From the human T2T-CHM13v2.0 reference genome, Homo sapiens, in the NCBI RefSeq assembly GCF_009914755.1, contig NC_060934.1: 64,000 nucleotides of DNA; one strand, 5' to 3'. Within the stretch, counting starts at the first letter, position 1, and each line of letters starts with the position of its first letter. Below, piece by piece: positions 42,986 to 55,935 of the stretch. A program made the translations under genes and the position numbers. The notes beneath the pieces are model-generated. The model was not told the origin of the DNA, made no database searches, and saw only the letters and a list, made by a program, of their open reading frames with translations.

Positions 42986-43860
42986 TTCCCCTTGGCTGCC
43001 AGGCCAACGACTGCTTCTCTGCATCCTGCTGTCTTCGCTACCTGAGGGTCTGTGACTTCTTCCCTGTGTGGGTCCAGCCTGACCCCCTGTAAGTAAATGT
43101 CCAAAAGCCCCTTGCCCCTCCCCTAGGGCTACCAGGGAACATACTCTACTGCATATGTTCTAGTGGAAGAGAAGCCGGGGTTCTAGGAAAGAAGAGCCAA
43201 ACTTTGGTGGCCTTTGGTGCCCCCTCTCAGCTCCCCATGACAAGACAACGGGGCTGCAGACACTGTGTGTTCAGCCTGCCCAGGGGCTGGGGCTCTTTAA
43301 GGCTTTGTAGGTGAGGTTTCCATGGACCTTCAAAGGTGCCAGCAGCCTGCAGGGGAAAGGCAAACTCCCTCCTTGCAAGGAAAGGAGATGTCCAGCCAAT
43401 GATGCCCGGCTTCTGAGGCCCAGAGGAGCAGGTGGGATGGGAGCAGCCCCTGGGGCTGGTGTCCCGAAGATGAAATGAAGGGGGCTGCCTATCTCAGTTG
43501 GCGGGAGGTGTTAGAAGTGGATGTGCAAGACCAGCCACTGGAGGTAGCTCTCTGGAGTCAAAGAGAGGCCTGCTTTTCTACCAGACATGGGAGCAGCATG
43601 TAGGATACAAGGGCCTACCCAGAGACCAGAGAGAGTCAGCCTAGTCCTTGCAGCCTCAGGAAGTCCTCGGCCCAAGTGAGTCCTGGTCCAAGGATCCCCC
43701 TGGAGAGCCGCAGTTCAGTGGGCTCCACCGCAGCCCCTGGCCACGGCCTATGCCCTCCCTGGGCCCCTGTGGGGCTGGGCATTGTGTCTGACCTGTGCAT
43801 CTCCCATGGGAGGGCTGGGCACAGGCAGTGCTATGGCCTTTTTTTTTTTTTTCTTTTTCC

Positions 43861-43866
43861 AATAAA
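43861..43866 (+). terminator. GOLGA7B: Candidate proximal polyA signal of GOLGA7B
   Basis: AATAAA after a T-rich upstream run, with GT-rich sequence downstream. Confidence 0.5.
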
Positions 43867-46800
43867 AGAACTTGCCCAGCGTGAAGCTCTGTGATGCTTT
43901 CTCTGCCCCGTGACGATGGAGGGTCAGTTCTATGCTCCAGGACCACATGAGGGGATACTCAGCTGCCTGAACTGGACCTGACATGGGGAGCAGGATGAAC
44001 TCTGTCTTCTTGGAGCTTGCAGTCTACTGAAGAGGCAGACACCTCAGCATCTCTAATCTGGAATCTTTGGGGCACTTGTAGCCTTGGGTGGGGGAACAGG
44101 TTGGACTGAAAGCGAGGCCAAAAGTAATCAATTAATGATATCAATAAATCCTCATTTCTTGAGCTCTTCCCCTGGGTTGGGTCCTGTTGGGAGCTGGATC
44201 ACACAGGTCACTCAGTACTGAAGATGAGAAAGTAGCTGGATGATCACTTCTCGGCCTTTTGGCCAAGATCAAATATGGAGAAAGTAGCTGGATGTTGGAA
44301 CCTAGCAGAGTTGTGTCTTGAATTTTATAATTTATTGAGCACCTACTATGTGCCAGATACTTTGCTGAAACCATATGTTAGAGCTGGCAGGGGATTTAAA
44401 GATCACTTGAATCCTGTCACAGAGGTCCAGAGAGGGTGGGTGACTTGCCCTAGGCCACACAGCTGGTTGATGATAACAGGGCCCAAGCTTGGAACCCAGG
44501 TCTCCTGACTCAGTGCCCACTCTGTTACCACAGGGATGGCACCCAGATGGGAAGCTGCCTGAGGCTGCAGGGAGGCTGGGATCACAAACTCAGGCCTGTT
44601 CCCAGAGAGGGGCTCATCAGACTGTGGGGACAACGGCTCCAGCCTCTTAGGTGGGGGCTGGGCAGTCCCCTCTGGGTGGTTCTCATGTTTGTTGTCACTG
44701 CCGCTAAGGGCTGCAGTGAGCTGTGTGCAGCCTGGACTCACTCCCTCTGCTGGAACCTGGGCCGTGTGTGGGTTGCCACAAGTGAGCGTGTTCTCTAATA
44801 TGAGGGCAGGTTCATTCTGTTTTGGGATAGGAAGTTTGTTCTACCCCGAGGCCAGATTTGAATCCAAACTCAGCTCTTCTAGAGATGAGGTCCTGGGGAG
44901 GGGGTGAGGATTTACTAAACGGGTAAAACCAAATCTGGGTGCTTATCTGACTGAGAGGCATTCAACCCTTCCATTTTCAAATGGTAATCATAATAATAAT
45001 AGTAGCTGACGTTTATTTAGCACTTCCTATGTGCCAGGCACTAGGCTAAGACTCTACATAATTAGTCATTCAATTCTCACAGCAACCCTCTATGGCATGG
45101 ATTCTTATTTCCCATTTTACATATGGGGAAACTGAGGCTCATGGACGTTAAGTAACTGGGAAATTGCAGATCTTGGCTTTGAATCTAGGCAATCTGACTC
45201 CAAACTGCAAGGAAGAAGACAGATCCAGCCTCAGAGGCCGCTTAACAGCTTGAGGGCCTCAGCCGTCCTGGGATTAGGATCAGGCAGATTCCCAGGGAAG
45301 GACTTGGAGCCATGCCTGGGTTTTGAGGCCGGGCTGGCACCTCCACTTCCAGGGCATCACGGGAGGGTGCATGGGCTGTGCTCGCAGGCATGCGGGACCC
45401 AGAGGCAGCCCGGTGAAGGGTAGTGGGGGACTCGACTCACTGTGGGCCTGGGGAGGTGTGGTTTCTCTCTGCTGGCTTAGTTACAGGTGGTGGCCTGTCT
45501 CTCCGGGGTCTGGCTGTAGCCATGTCCCTGCACCCACCTTGCCAGCCAGGGACAGGCCCCATCAAGACCCAGGAGCAGCTCCAGCCTCAGCCAGACTGTC
45601 CCCGAGGTCCCAAGTGAGGCCCCAGCCACTCAGGCATGCCTCAGGAAGCTCCTGCTGCACATGCTCCTCTCCCTGCGCCAGCACCCTGCTGTCTGGCTTC
45701 CTTCCTTTGGCCACAGGGCGGGTGTGTGTGAAACCACAGGGTTTACAGAAGCTCGAGGTGCCACTGAGTGGCAGGATTATGCACTGCACTCGGGGAATCA
45801 AAGGTGGAGACAGAAAGAACTATGGCTGTTGTGACACGTCCCCCACGGCTCCCCGGTTGGCAGCCACTGCCACCCGCAGGGACTTTTCTGTGGCTTCCAG
45901 AGGTGTGGGGCAAAGGTGGAGTCTGGTGACTTTCTCCCTAGGGCCAGCCCCTGGGCTGTCGAGCCTGGGAAACTCCACATCCCTCTCCACACCTCTAGAA
46001 GGACTCACAATGAGGGGGGCCCAGACAGGAGGCATCACCACCTGGTTTGGGCTTTACCATTCACCCAGGGATAAGGCAAGGCAAACACCACTCCACATCA
46101 GATCTGAATTTGAGCTCTGGCTTCATGACACTGACACATGAAGACTCTTGGAGCCTCAGATTCCCCAGTTGTTAAATAGGGAGACTAATATCTCACAGAG
46201 TTGTTTAGACCCGAGGCGTTCAACCTTGGTGGCAATGGATGTCAACTGGAAGCATGAAAAATCACCAATGCCTGATCCTATCCTCAGAGATTCTGATTTA
46301 ATTGTTTTGGGGGACAGCTTGGGCATCAGGATTTTAAAGAGTTTCCCTGGTGATTTTAATGTGAAGGTAAGGCTGAGAATCCCTGGTTTTGACAGTACCT
46401 ATAGCCTATAAGCCTTTAATACACCTCTGAAAATGCCTGAGACCTGAATAAGAAGTTTATGGTTCCACAGAAGCAGCCAGACACAAAAATGCATATGCAC
46501 CATGTGATTCCCCTTATATGAAACTGAAAGACAGGCCAAACTCGCCTTTGATTGGGAGTCAGGATCAAGATTACCCTGGGTCGGGGGTAGCGAATGGATG
46601 GGGACCTGGGGGGCTTCTGGGAGCTCAGGATGTTCTGTTTCTTGATCAGAGTGCCAGTTACACGGGGTGCTCACTTCATGAGAATTCACTGAGCTGTATA
46701 CTTAAGAGCTGTGTATTTGTCTGTACTGGTGATATATTTCAATAAAATTCACCAGAAAAGCCTGTTGGCTACAAAATAGGAAAAGAAAGGACACACTTGA

Positions 46801-47652
46801 AATTAACGTTTTGTTAAATATCTGGAAATGTAACACATATGCCAAACAGACAACTGCAACTCTATGTTACGTGTGTGTGTGTGTGTGTGTGTGAAAATGT
46901 AATGTCTGCTCTGCTGTGGGTGGGCCCTCTAAAAGGGAAGGTCCCTGATGCCTAAGAAAATCTGAAAACAGCCCAGGTTCACACCAGGAGTTCTTAACCT
47001 CGACCCGACTGCATTCAGGTGCATATTATGTGCCGTTATCTGAGGAGAGCATCTACAGCTTTCAGCAGATTCTCAAAGGGGTATGCAACCCCCTAAAAAG
47101 GTTAAGAACAATTGGTTTTGAGGAGTCAGTAAGAAACTGGCCATGAATGTGCTTGGCATGAAAGAGATGCTTGGTAATGTCGGTTTCTTTCCTTCCTTTC
47201 AGAGCCCAGCCTTCGGAGGTTTCCGCATGAGCCTTCTCGGGCGACTTCTAGGAGGATTTATTCCCCTGGCAGTGCCAAGGGCAGCCTGCACCAAGCTCAC
47301 AACTCTTCCTCCAAGAGGATGTTCAAAGGGCCTGTCATTTCAGCATCTGCTGGACAGCAGAACTTCGCATGCAGGATCCTGGAGCTGCGTCGGGTTTTGA
47401 ATCAGGGACAATGGAGGAAGTGGGAAACTGTGAAGAGAGTCAGAGGGCTGTGCCAGCTGCCCCCTTTCCCACCCCCAGCAATTCACTTAACTTTCCTGAG
47501 TCTCACCTTTGTCATTATGAGAATGTGTATATTTATAAATAATCATCTGTTTCTCCAATGTAAGATATTGTTATTGCAGAAGTGATACTAGGACCTCGTT
47601 ATACGATGGCCTCATGATGTAGATTTATAGCAGGCTTCAGATTCTGGCATAG

Positions 47653-47696
47653 AATAAACAGATATTTATCCAAGGGTTCACTGATTCCCGAATAAA
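47653..47696 (+). terminator. GOLGA7B: Candidate distal polyA signals of GOLGA7B (about 5.8 kb 3'UTR)
   Basis: AATAAA at 47653-47658 and 47691-47696, at the end of an AT-rich, non-repetitive UTR-like block (47510-47670). Confidence 0.55.
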
Positions 47697-50600
47697 TGCC
47701 AGGAACATTCATGTACATTATTATTCCATTTAATTCTCGAACACTGGGGTGTTGAAATCTTATTTTACAGATGAGGAAACTGACGTTCTAGGTGGTTAGG
47801 TAGCTTGACAAGGGCTAGTAAGTGTCAGAGCAAAGACTTGAACCTAAGTCTCTGACTCCAGATCCCACTCTCACTCTGCCACAAGAGTGAGACGTGGGAG
47901 AAGAGAGAGTGTTCTACCTGGATTGACTCATAAAGATAGAAGACAGATTCCAGACCAGAGAGAAACTCGTGGGCAAATGCATCCCCAGAAAAATTAGCTT
48001 TGCAGGGGCATGAAGGTACTAGTTATTTTGGAGTAATTCAAGTTATCGATTTCTGTAATGGAAAAGTGATTGGGAACCAGCTATCACCTGAGAACAGTGC
48101 TGAGTGAGGCCCCAAGAAGGGGGCAATGTTACACACAAGCTTACACACAGCTTACAAGACCTCAGAGATTGCGAGGGTCCTTTTCCCTGCTGCCCACAAT
48201 TAATCAGTACACTTCTCAAGGGCAGGGAGCCTGTCTTACTCACTCCCCACCCCCACCCCCACCTCCCCCTATCCTGAGTGCTTGTTTCAGGGCCTGGCCC
48301 TGGCCAGGTGAATGGAAGATGCTGCCCATCTCAGGTTGGCAGGAAGAGGCAGGCCTATACAGATGTGTCATCTGCAGACCCCTAGGGCAAGGTGCCACTG
48401 AGAAGCAGCTCAGTACCATGCAGATAGGCAGTGGTCACTGAAGGATACAATTCACCTGCAAGTGGTCACCTTATAACTCAATTAAAGGATGGATGCAGTG
48501 ACCCCAGGCTACCCCCTGAGCTGGGCAGCAGCTCTCAGTGATGTTGCCCTAGCTGTGACATTGTGGCTCTGCTCATGACCTCTACCTATCCTGGGAGAGG
48601 AGGGGAGGAAGCGTGTGTCCCACCCCAGTCGGCCCTGCCTGACACTCCCCAAACACCATTTTGAGGTGGGGAAAATCCTTCTGGTGCTGAATTCTTTACC
48701 TGAGAGATCTGGACCTCAGGCCCTAGAGAGTGAATTACTGTGAGTGAATCACTGGCTGGATGGCTGGCTGGCTGGATAAGTGGATGGATACAGAGAAGAT
48801 GGGTATAGAGAGATGACTGATAGATCAGAGATGAGCGAGAGGCCTGCCTGGCTTGAGATGGATGCTCGCAGACCCTGGAGAGGCAGGTGAATGGATGGGT
48901 ACCGATCGCCCCTGGGCTCCCCAGTGCAGATCTAAATATAGGGCTGGAGCTCTTCAAAGGGAAGATGCCGTGCTATCCCAGTCCCCAGATGAACTCCGCA
49001 TTTGTAACTCTGAGTGATGGATGTGTCTTGTTGGGAAGAATCCTTATAGGTCTAATATTGCCCCAGCTAATGGCTTATGGATTGTTTTAAAGTCAGGCAT
49101 TGCTGGAAGTGAAACCAGGAGGTTAAACGTCCTGGCACAGATTTTATGACAATATCTGCATTTCATCAGTCAGGCACTGCAGCAAGTACCTTATAGGCTC
49201 GAGGAAGCCTCACAACAACTCTATGAGGATTTTATCACTGCCTCTATTTTGTGGATGAAGAAACTGAGGCTCAGAGATGAAATAACTTCTTAAGGCCACT
49301 TCCAAATGCCTGGGTGGAGGGTCTGGATTTCAAGTCCATTTGATCCCAGAGTTTCAGTGTGAAGGGAAAATTTTAAGGACAGTTGAAAGGAAGGGAGAGG
49401 GGAGGGCCATAGGATTTGTGCACAGCTCTAAGAACGAACATGGCATTTTGGCACATGTGAGACACCTTCTGCAGTGGGAGGAGGCACTGAGACTTTCCAA
49501 TGACTGGGTGACACGAGGGCAGCCCCAGGCTTCCTTCTCCCTCTTTCTTCTGTGTCAGCCTTCGAGGGCTCTAAACCTTGAGTCTGGGGATCTGAACTGC
49601 AGAGAGGGTGTATGTTTGGCTCACTTTCCTTCCTTTGGCCTAAACTTGTCCTTCTGCCATGGTCTCCATAAGCAGTTGGGGAAAGAGGATGTGCTTTTTT
49701 CCTGTTCCAGGAGCTCTACAGCCAGGTCTGGGGTGGAGGGAGGGAAGTTAGCCCTTAGATTTGTGGGGAGGGTGCATTAAATGACTCTAGGGGATGAGAT
49801 CCTTCCTGGCTGCTCTGGGGCTGGCCATGAAGAAGGAGAACCAGCTAGCTTTAGGGGAATTATTCTGGCCCCAGACTGCTTTCCTGCTGGCAGGCAGGCT
49901 GAGGGCATGAGGTTCTGGGCGGGACGTTCTGGGAACGGGTGATACAGATTCTCCATCTGCCGCACCCTTCTCCTGACCCTGCCTCCCTCCTCACAGCTGA
50001 ACAGGCTCCTCTCTGCACTCGGGACCCCCATTCAGATCTGTATTTAATCCCAGCTGAGTTCTAAGGACCAAGTATGGTTCTTCTGTTACTTGATGGGCAC
50101 GTATCCTGACTCAGTTTCCATGTCAGCAAAGTGGGAAGGATAAGCCCTGCCTCTCTTATTCCTGATCTTGTTCATACACTTGGGCTTCTGGAATACCTGG
50201 AGCTTTCTGGAGAAGGGTGCTGGGAGCAGCCTGGAGCTGAGCTCTTTTGAGGAGCAGCCGGCAACCCGGCAGGAAAAAGGACCAGACGGGGGTGCAGATG
50301 CCTTGGGAAAGTTGCAGCTCCTTTTTGGGCCTTGGTTTCCACGTCTGAAAAGGAGGGAAGAGGACTAGATGACTTCTCAGGTGTTCCTGGATTTAAAGCT
50401 CTAGGATTCTGTGATTGTTGAGGGCCAAATTCCCAGGCCAGTTCACTAGCTCCTGGTGACCTCTGCTCTGTATGGCCCAGTCCATGCCATGCCCGCCTAG
50501 CTCAGTTCACTTTGTTTTATGACTATTCTTTCTGGGAATGGCACTGCATGAGAATTCAGCAGAACATAGCACAGCCCAGGCCCCAGGAAGGTTGGCTCTG

Positions 50601-51948
50601 CACCTTATGGCCATTTGCCATCTTTTTCTGGTGAATCTGTCAGTTCTCCAGAGGTGGCCCCGTCCTGCCCATCTCTCCCACCGCAGGTGTCCTGGGTGGC
50701 AGCAGGGTGTACCGGGAAGCACAGGAGCTTTGGCACTGAACGGGCCCGGGGCTCCATCCTGAACGTGGCTACTTAATAATAGTATCTCTAATTTGTTGGG
50801 GGCTTTCTATGTGCCAGGCACCATGTCAAGTCTAATATAATAACTCTGTGAGGTATTATCCCCATCTTGCAGATGGGAAAACTGAGGTTCAAAGACACCT
50901 TACCTACTTTAAGTCTTTGCCCAATGCCTCTTTCTCAGGGAGCCCCCCTGCCCCCGCAGCTATTTAAAATGGCATTCCACCTCCATCCGGGCCTTCCCGG
51001 ATGGCCTTGATGTTACTCTTCTTCAGCCCTCCATAGCACGTCTCATGCTCCAACATGCTACAGACTTTCCTTATTCTGGGTATTGTTTAGTGCCTGCCAC
51101 GTCTTGCTAGGGCAGGGACCTTTGCCAGTGTTGTTCACAGATGTATATCCCAAGCCACTAGAACAACATCCAGCACACAGTAGGCGTTCAGTCACTGTAC
51201 ATCACATGAACAACTGGTTAAATAACTTCCCCAGTGTCAGTTACCTAGAGATCGCACAGCATAAGGCTTAAGAACCCAGGCTTTGGAGCTAGTCATGAGG
51301 TTGAATTACAGCTCTTGCCACTTTAGCTAGCTATGTGACTTTGTGTAATTTACTGTTTCTGAGTCTCAGTTTCTCTGGTAATAAAATAGACTCATAACAT
51401 TTATATTCTGGGATGGGTGTGAGTATTCATGGAGACATGGATGTAAAGTTCTTGGCATATGGCAGGCATTGCATAAATGTTAGCTGCTTTCCTGGAGGAT
51501 GTTTTTCTTCTCTCTTGCGTCTCATTTTCCCTCTGGTGGCCTATTTTTTGACCACTTCACTGTCAACAGTAGTTCCTTAGAGGACAAGCCACCGTGGGAG
51601 AGGCTGGCGTCATCTGTGGTGTTAACCAGCCCATGTTCTCTTGCCTTCCTTCCAGGATATGCCTGTTGCTACAGACACAACAGCAACTTCTGGCATGTTC
51701 CTGACCCCTGTGGCTGGGGTTCTGGCCTCAGAGAAGACTGGCCCTGGGCACAGGGAGGCAGGGAGGGGCTCGGTTTGCCTTCTGGGCTGGAAGTCTGGGT
51801 GGAGGTTCAGCCTGGAATCTGTTGGAAGAACTTGGCTGGCTCCCTGCAAAAATGAAGTGCTCATCTTCCTGTCTACACGGGGCTCTTGGAGTCTGGAGCG
51901 GAGTTCCTGCTTCGGCCGAGGTCCAGTGGCACTGGCCTGGGTGTGATA

Positions 51949-52034
51949 CCCAGACCCTGGGAGGGGGCCATAGCAGCCAGAGTGACACATAATCAAACTC
52001 CTGGCCCTCAGAATGGCACCTTCCCAGAGTAGGG
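51949..52034 (-). ncRNA. MIR3085: pre-miR-3085 hairpin in the CRTAC1 last intron
   Basis: The minus strand folds into a hairpin: CUCUGGGAAGGUGCCAU pairs with AUGGCCCCCUCCCAGGG. The 5p arm AGGUGCCAUUCUGAGGGCCAGGAGU (52021-51997) and 3p arm UCUGGCUGCUAUGGCCCCCUC (51981-51961) match miR-3085 as I recall it. Confidence 0.88.
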
Positions 52035-53466
52035 TTGGCAACCGTGTAGATGCTTGAAGAGGCCTAGTGGATGGTTTACCATTCTGCCTCAGTGAAGGTT
52101 GGCTGAGCCCGCCTGGCGAGGGGACTCTCGACATTAGCAAGCACTGCCACCTCTTCCTGCAGACTTGAACGTGACCGTGGGGAGGACTATTTCAGATCAC
52201 TAGGCCTCCAGGGGCTCCATTTTTCCCCTCCCAATCCTGCTCTTGATCCTGGGCAGCATGAGTGACTGTGGCTTTTGCTTAAACCAATTCACCATCCCAA
52301 ATGAAGAAGGGAGTGGTAGTTGAGAGTGCCAGCTGACAGCCAGACTCCTGGGATCCAGTCCTGCCTTCGTCTGTCTGGGCTGTATGACCCTGCACAAACC
52401 ATTTAGCTTATCTGTAAACGTGGGATAATTACAATACCTTCCTCTTGAGATTATTATGAGGATTAAACGAGTTGATTATTGTAAAGAGTTTAGATTCAAC
52501 CCAGACACGCCAAGCCCACTAAATGTAAGCTATTATTGTCATTTTAAGGGGTATGTGCCTGTGAAGAGGGAGTATTCTTGAGCAGAATAAAAATGGTATT
52601 ATTCTTATTATTTCTTTTTTGTTGAAAAATGGGGAGCATTTTTGTGGCAGCACTGGCCCACCTTCCCACTGGAGTGAGTTGTGGCTGCCTGGTGCAGGCA
52701 GGTGGGGCACCAGCTCCTCCATTTGCATAATCCCTTCCGGGTCCATTTCATTACTTGACTGCCCCTAAAGGCATTTGTTATTTTTGTTACAAATTAAAGT
52801 GTAGCATAAGGCAACAAAGATGTCAGGAGCCTAGGTGGGGCTAAGGGACAGGGAAAAGACAGACTTATCTGTGTGCAGGAGGGGACGGAACGGTTTGGGC
52901 TCCCACGGGTCTCAGAGAAAGGGATTAGAAGAAAGAGGGGAATGGGAATGCTGAGCCTGGGTAGCTTGGGGGTGGCTTTGCACCCGCAAATCTGTGGCTG
53001 GTATAGCACAGACCAGTAGATGCATTGAATTTGAGGCACCTGTTCAAAAAGCCTGTACTGCTAGCTCAATGAGGAGGCTCTGTTTTTTTTTTTTTTTTTT
53101 TTTTTTGGTAAGGGGGTAGGTAATGTTGAGTGGGTTCACTATCCACCTGTCCTCTGTATCTTTCAGCCTTGTATCTCTTGCAACACAAGCATCTTGGGGG
53201 CAGGGGACTTGTCCACCTCATTAGAGGGTCTCTATCACATTCCTCATGGGAGGAACCTAGTGCTTGTCATACAGGATATTCTCAATAAATGCTTGCTGAA
53301 TGAATATGTAAATGAATGAATGCAGAGAGCTTGCTTTCTGGTATAGCAACCTGAGAATTCAGCTCAACTTTTTAGAAAGCCCCTTGGTGTCCCACTCCCA
53401 TCCCATGCACTTGGCTCCTCTATCTGGCTGGAGGGAAGGCAGCGTAGGGGTGGCAACAATGTTACC

Positions 53467-53765
53467 TTCACTTACCATTATATACCTAGAGCGTAGCTCA
53501 GTACCTGGCACATAATAGGTGCTCAACAAATATTACTTTCACTTACCATTGTATGCCTAGAGCCTAGCTCAGTACTGGGCACACAGTAGGGGCTCAACAA
53601 ATATTGCTTTCACTTACCATTGTATGCCTAGAGCCTAGCTCAGTACCTGCACATAGTAGTAGGGGATCAACACATATTACTTTTACTTACCATTGTTACC
53701 TTCATTTACCATTGTACGCCTAGAGCCTAACCAAATATTTGGCACATTGTAGGTGCTCAATCAGT
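53467..53765. repeat. About 71-bp tandem repeat (about 4 copies) derived from an L2 3' end
   Basis: The unit marker (c/t)acttaccatt recurs at 53469, 53540, 53611 and 53684. The unit contains the L2 tail cctagagcctagc.cagtacctggcaca.agtaggtgctcaa.aaata. Confidence 0.88.
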
Positions 53766-55816
53766 ATCTGTTGAACTCATGAATGAATCAAATGGAAGCC
53801 TTATCCTGGAGTCTGAGTGCTGCAGTGGTGCTCTTATCAGCTGTGGGAACTTAGAACTCCTCTTTGCAACTCACTGGACCCCACTCACCCAACAGGATCA
53901 CATGACACAGATATACCCTGTTATATAAAACTCATTGTGAAGGCATTCATGGTTATCACTTATAAGGCATCATCTGAAGTCTGCTGTCACCCTGAACCCC
54001 CTGATGTCCTTGGCAGGCCATCTCTGTAGTTGTCTTGTCCCTTATTTCTTGTGCTGTTGTGTATGGACAGTCAATGGGCTCTGTTATCTTGTCATTTACC
54101 ACTGCATTTGGAACCATTCCTCCATGGGTTTTGGGTTTTACTTATCTCACTATCTTAGATCCACTTTGTTCATTTTTTAAAAGGCAGCAGCTTCCAGAAG
54201 GACTAGGGAATAGTCTGAACAGTGACAGAGCTGCCTGTTACCCTCTGACAAGATGGTGTGGTGGGAAAGGGCTCCAGCCCTGGCCTGGGGAGCAGTGGGC
54301 TCCATGACCTTGGGCACAGTGACCTTGAACACTTCAGCTCTCTGAGCCTCATCTCTGGAGCCCTTTCAGATCTTTAGTTCTATGTCAATACACAGGAATG
54401 GGCTTTCTAGAAGTGGAATGATTTTTAAGTTGGTGTCTGCTTTTCAGGGAAATTGTAGCTGTTTTAATTTAAAAACTTTTCATTTATGCTTCTGTTCTAA
54501 GTGTAAAAACAGCACTAGCTACAAGGAATTCATATTTTGTGATTTATTAGGAGTATTACCATGATATCAGAAAATGGCAGGGGCTTTTTTTTTGTTGAAT
54601 ATGTTTTTAAAAGGGTTGCTGCATTCTTAAGTGTAATTTTATTATATCCTGGGATGACTTTTTTTCCCCATGAAGAATAGATCTATGTTTTATAACAAGC
54701 CTTCACTACTGAGGCTGGTCGTGAGCATATTCTGTGGCGTTACATCATTTCCAAAGAGTGTTCTGGCTACAGGAGCATTCTATTTTCCAAGGAGATTGCA
54801 GAGACCAAGTAGCAAGGTTCTTTCTAGAAATCAGAGTAACCTGAGATGAGCCAGGCCTATGTCCAGCCAGACATTGAGGAGTCTTAGAAAGGAAAGGCCC
54901 TTAGGGATATACCAGCCCAACTCTCTTGTCATCTACATTAGGGAAACTGAGGCACAGCATGGAGAAGTGACTTCCTGCAGGTAAAAGGCCTAGAGTACAC
55001 ACTCCATTTCTGCCCCTCACTCATCACACATCCTTCACTTGGCCCAAACCCTGGTCCCCCAAATGTGAACATTGTTGTACGCAACCAAACCACTGCTGGT
55101 GCCTGAGGGTGACACCTGCTTTGTGTTATGATCTGCTTTCAAAGCATCTCATGGTGGAAGGGCTGCTCCTAATTCAGCATTCCAATCAGTTCTACTTGCC
55201 CCAGACCCTTTTTATCATCAGTTTGGCACTAATATCTAGTAGAGAGTTTATTGGCATAATTTCTTCAGAAAAGAGGCTGGAAGGCTTAGCAAGTTCAAAT
55301 GATAACATTTTTATCAAGAGTCCCAAAGGACCACCCTTTTCCCTCCCATCACCACCACCAACACCAATAAGGCTTTCTCTAGCACAGGAAGTCAGGGGCA
55401 AAAAGCAGAAACAGCACAGGCCAAACCAGCAGGCACATGGTACATTATCGGATCAACCGGCAAGCAACCACCTGGGAGCCATCTTTGTTAAGGGCAAAAT
55501 AATGAGCTCACGAGACACTGGAGGATACAAGACTATCTTGATTCTTCTGAAGGAGTGAGGGAGACTGGATGGGGTATTGGAGACTTTCCTTTCTGTTTTC
55601 TCAGAAAACATGCAAAGAAAGTCTTCACAAACAACTAAGGTTGTGTCAGTATCGCCCAACCTTCCCTTTTCAAAGATGGCCACCCCTGTTGTCCATTCAG
55701 AGGGAGCACACAGCAGAACCTACTGGGCGTGGAGAGAGAGACAAGCAGCAGGAGAGAGATTTAGTTTTCCACAAAGGCTGTTAGTTTTGTTTTGTTTTTT
55801 CCTTTATTGATGGGAT

Positions 55817-55935
55817 TTAAAGTGCATATAACTGAAGGCAAAGTCCAAGGCCTAGAGAAAGATATGAGGCCCGAGAGAGAGGCTCAGAGATTCTAGAGGC
55901 GGCTGAAGAATACCCACCTAAAAAGGCCACTTGAG
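55817..55935 (-). CDS. CRTAC1: CRTAC1 alternative last exon B (AQVAFLGGYSSAASRISEPLSRASYLSLGLGLCLQLYAL*), brain isoform CRTAC1-B/LOTUS
   Basis: Acceptor gtttttgcag|, phase-1 compatible, 39 aa then TAA, hydrophobic C-terminus. AATAAA follows at 55808-55803. Too short for the ORF track. Confidence 0.92.

Noticed and set aside
44227-44294. 17-bp direct repeat gagaaagtagctggatg (twice); similar small duplication near 22475-22518
   Set aside because: Ordinary micro-duplications with no supporting evidence of function.
45323-46141. Longest ORF in the track (272 aa, +)
   Set aside because: Starts at TTG, has no recognisable domain and lies in the GC-rich GOLGA7B 3'UTR region. Consistent with a chance ORF.
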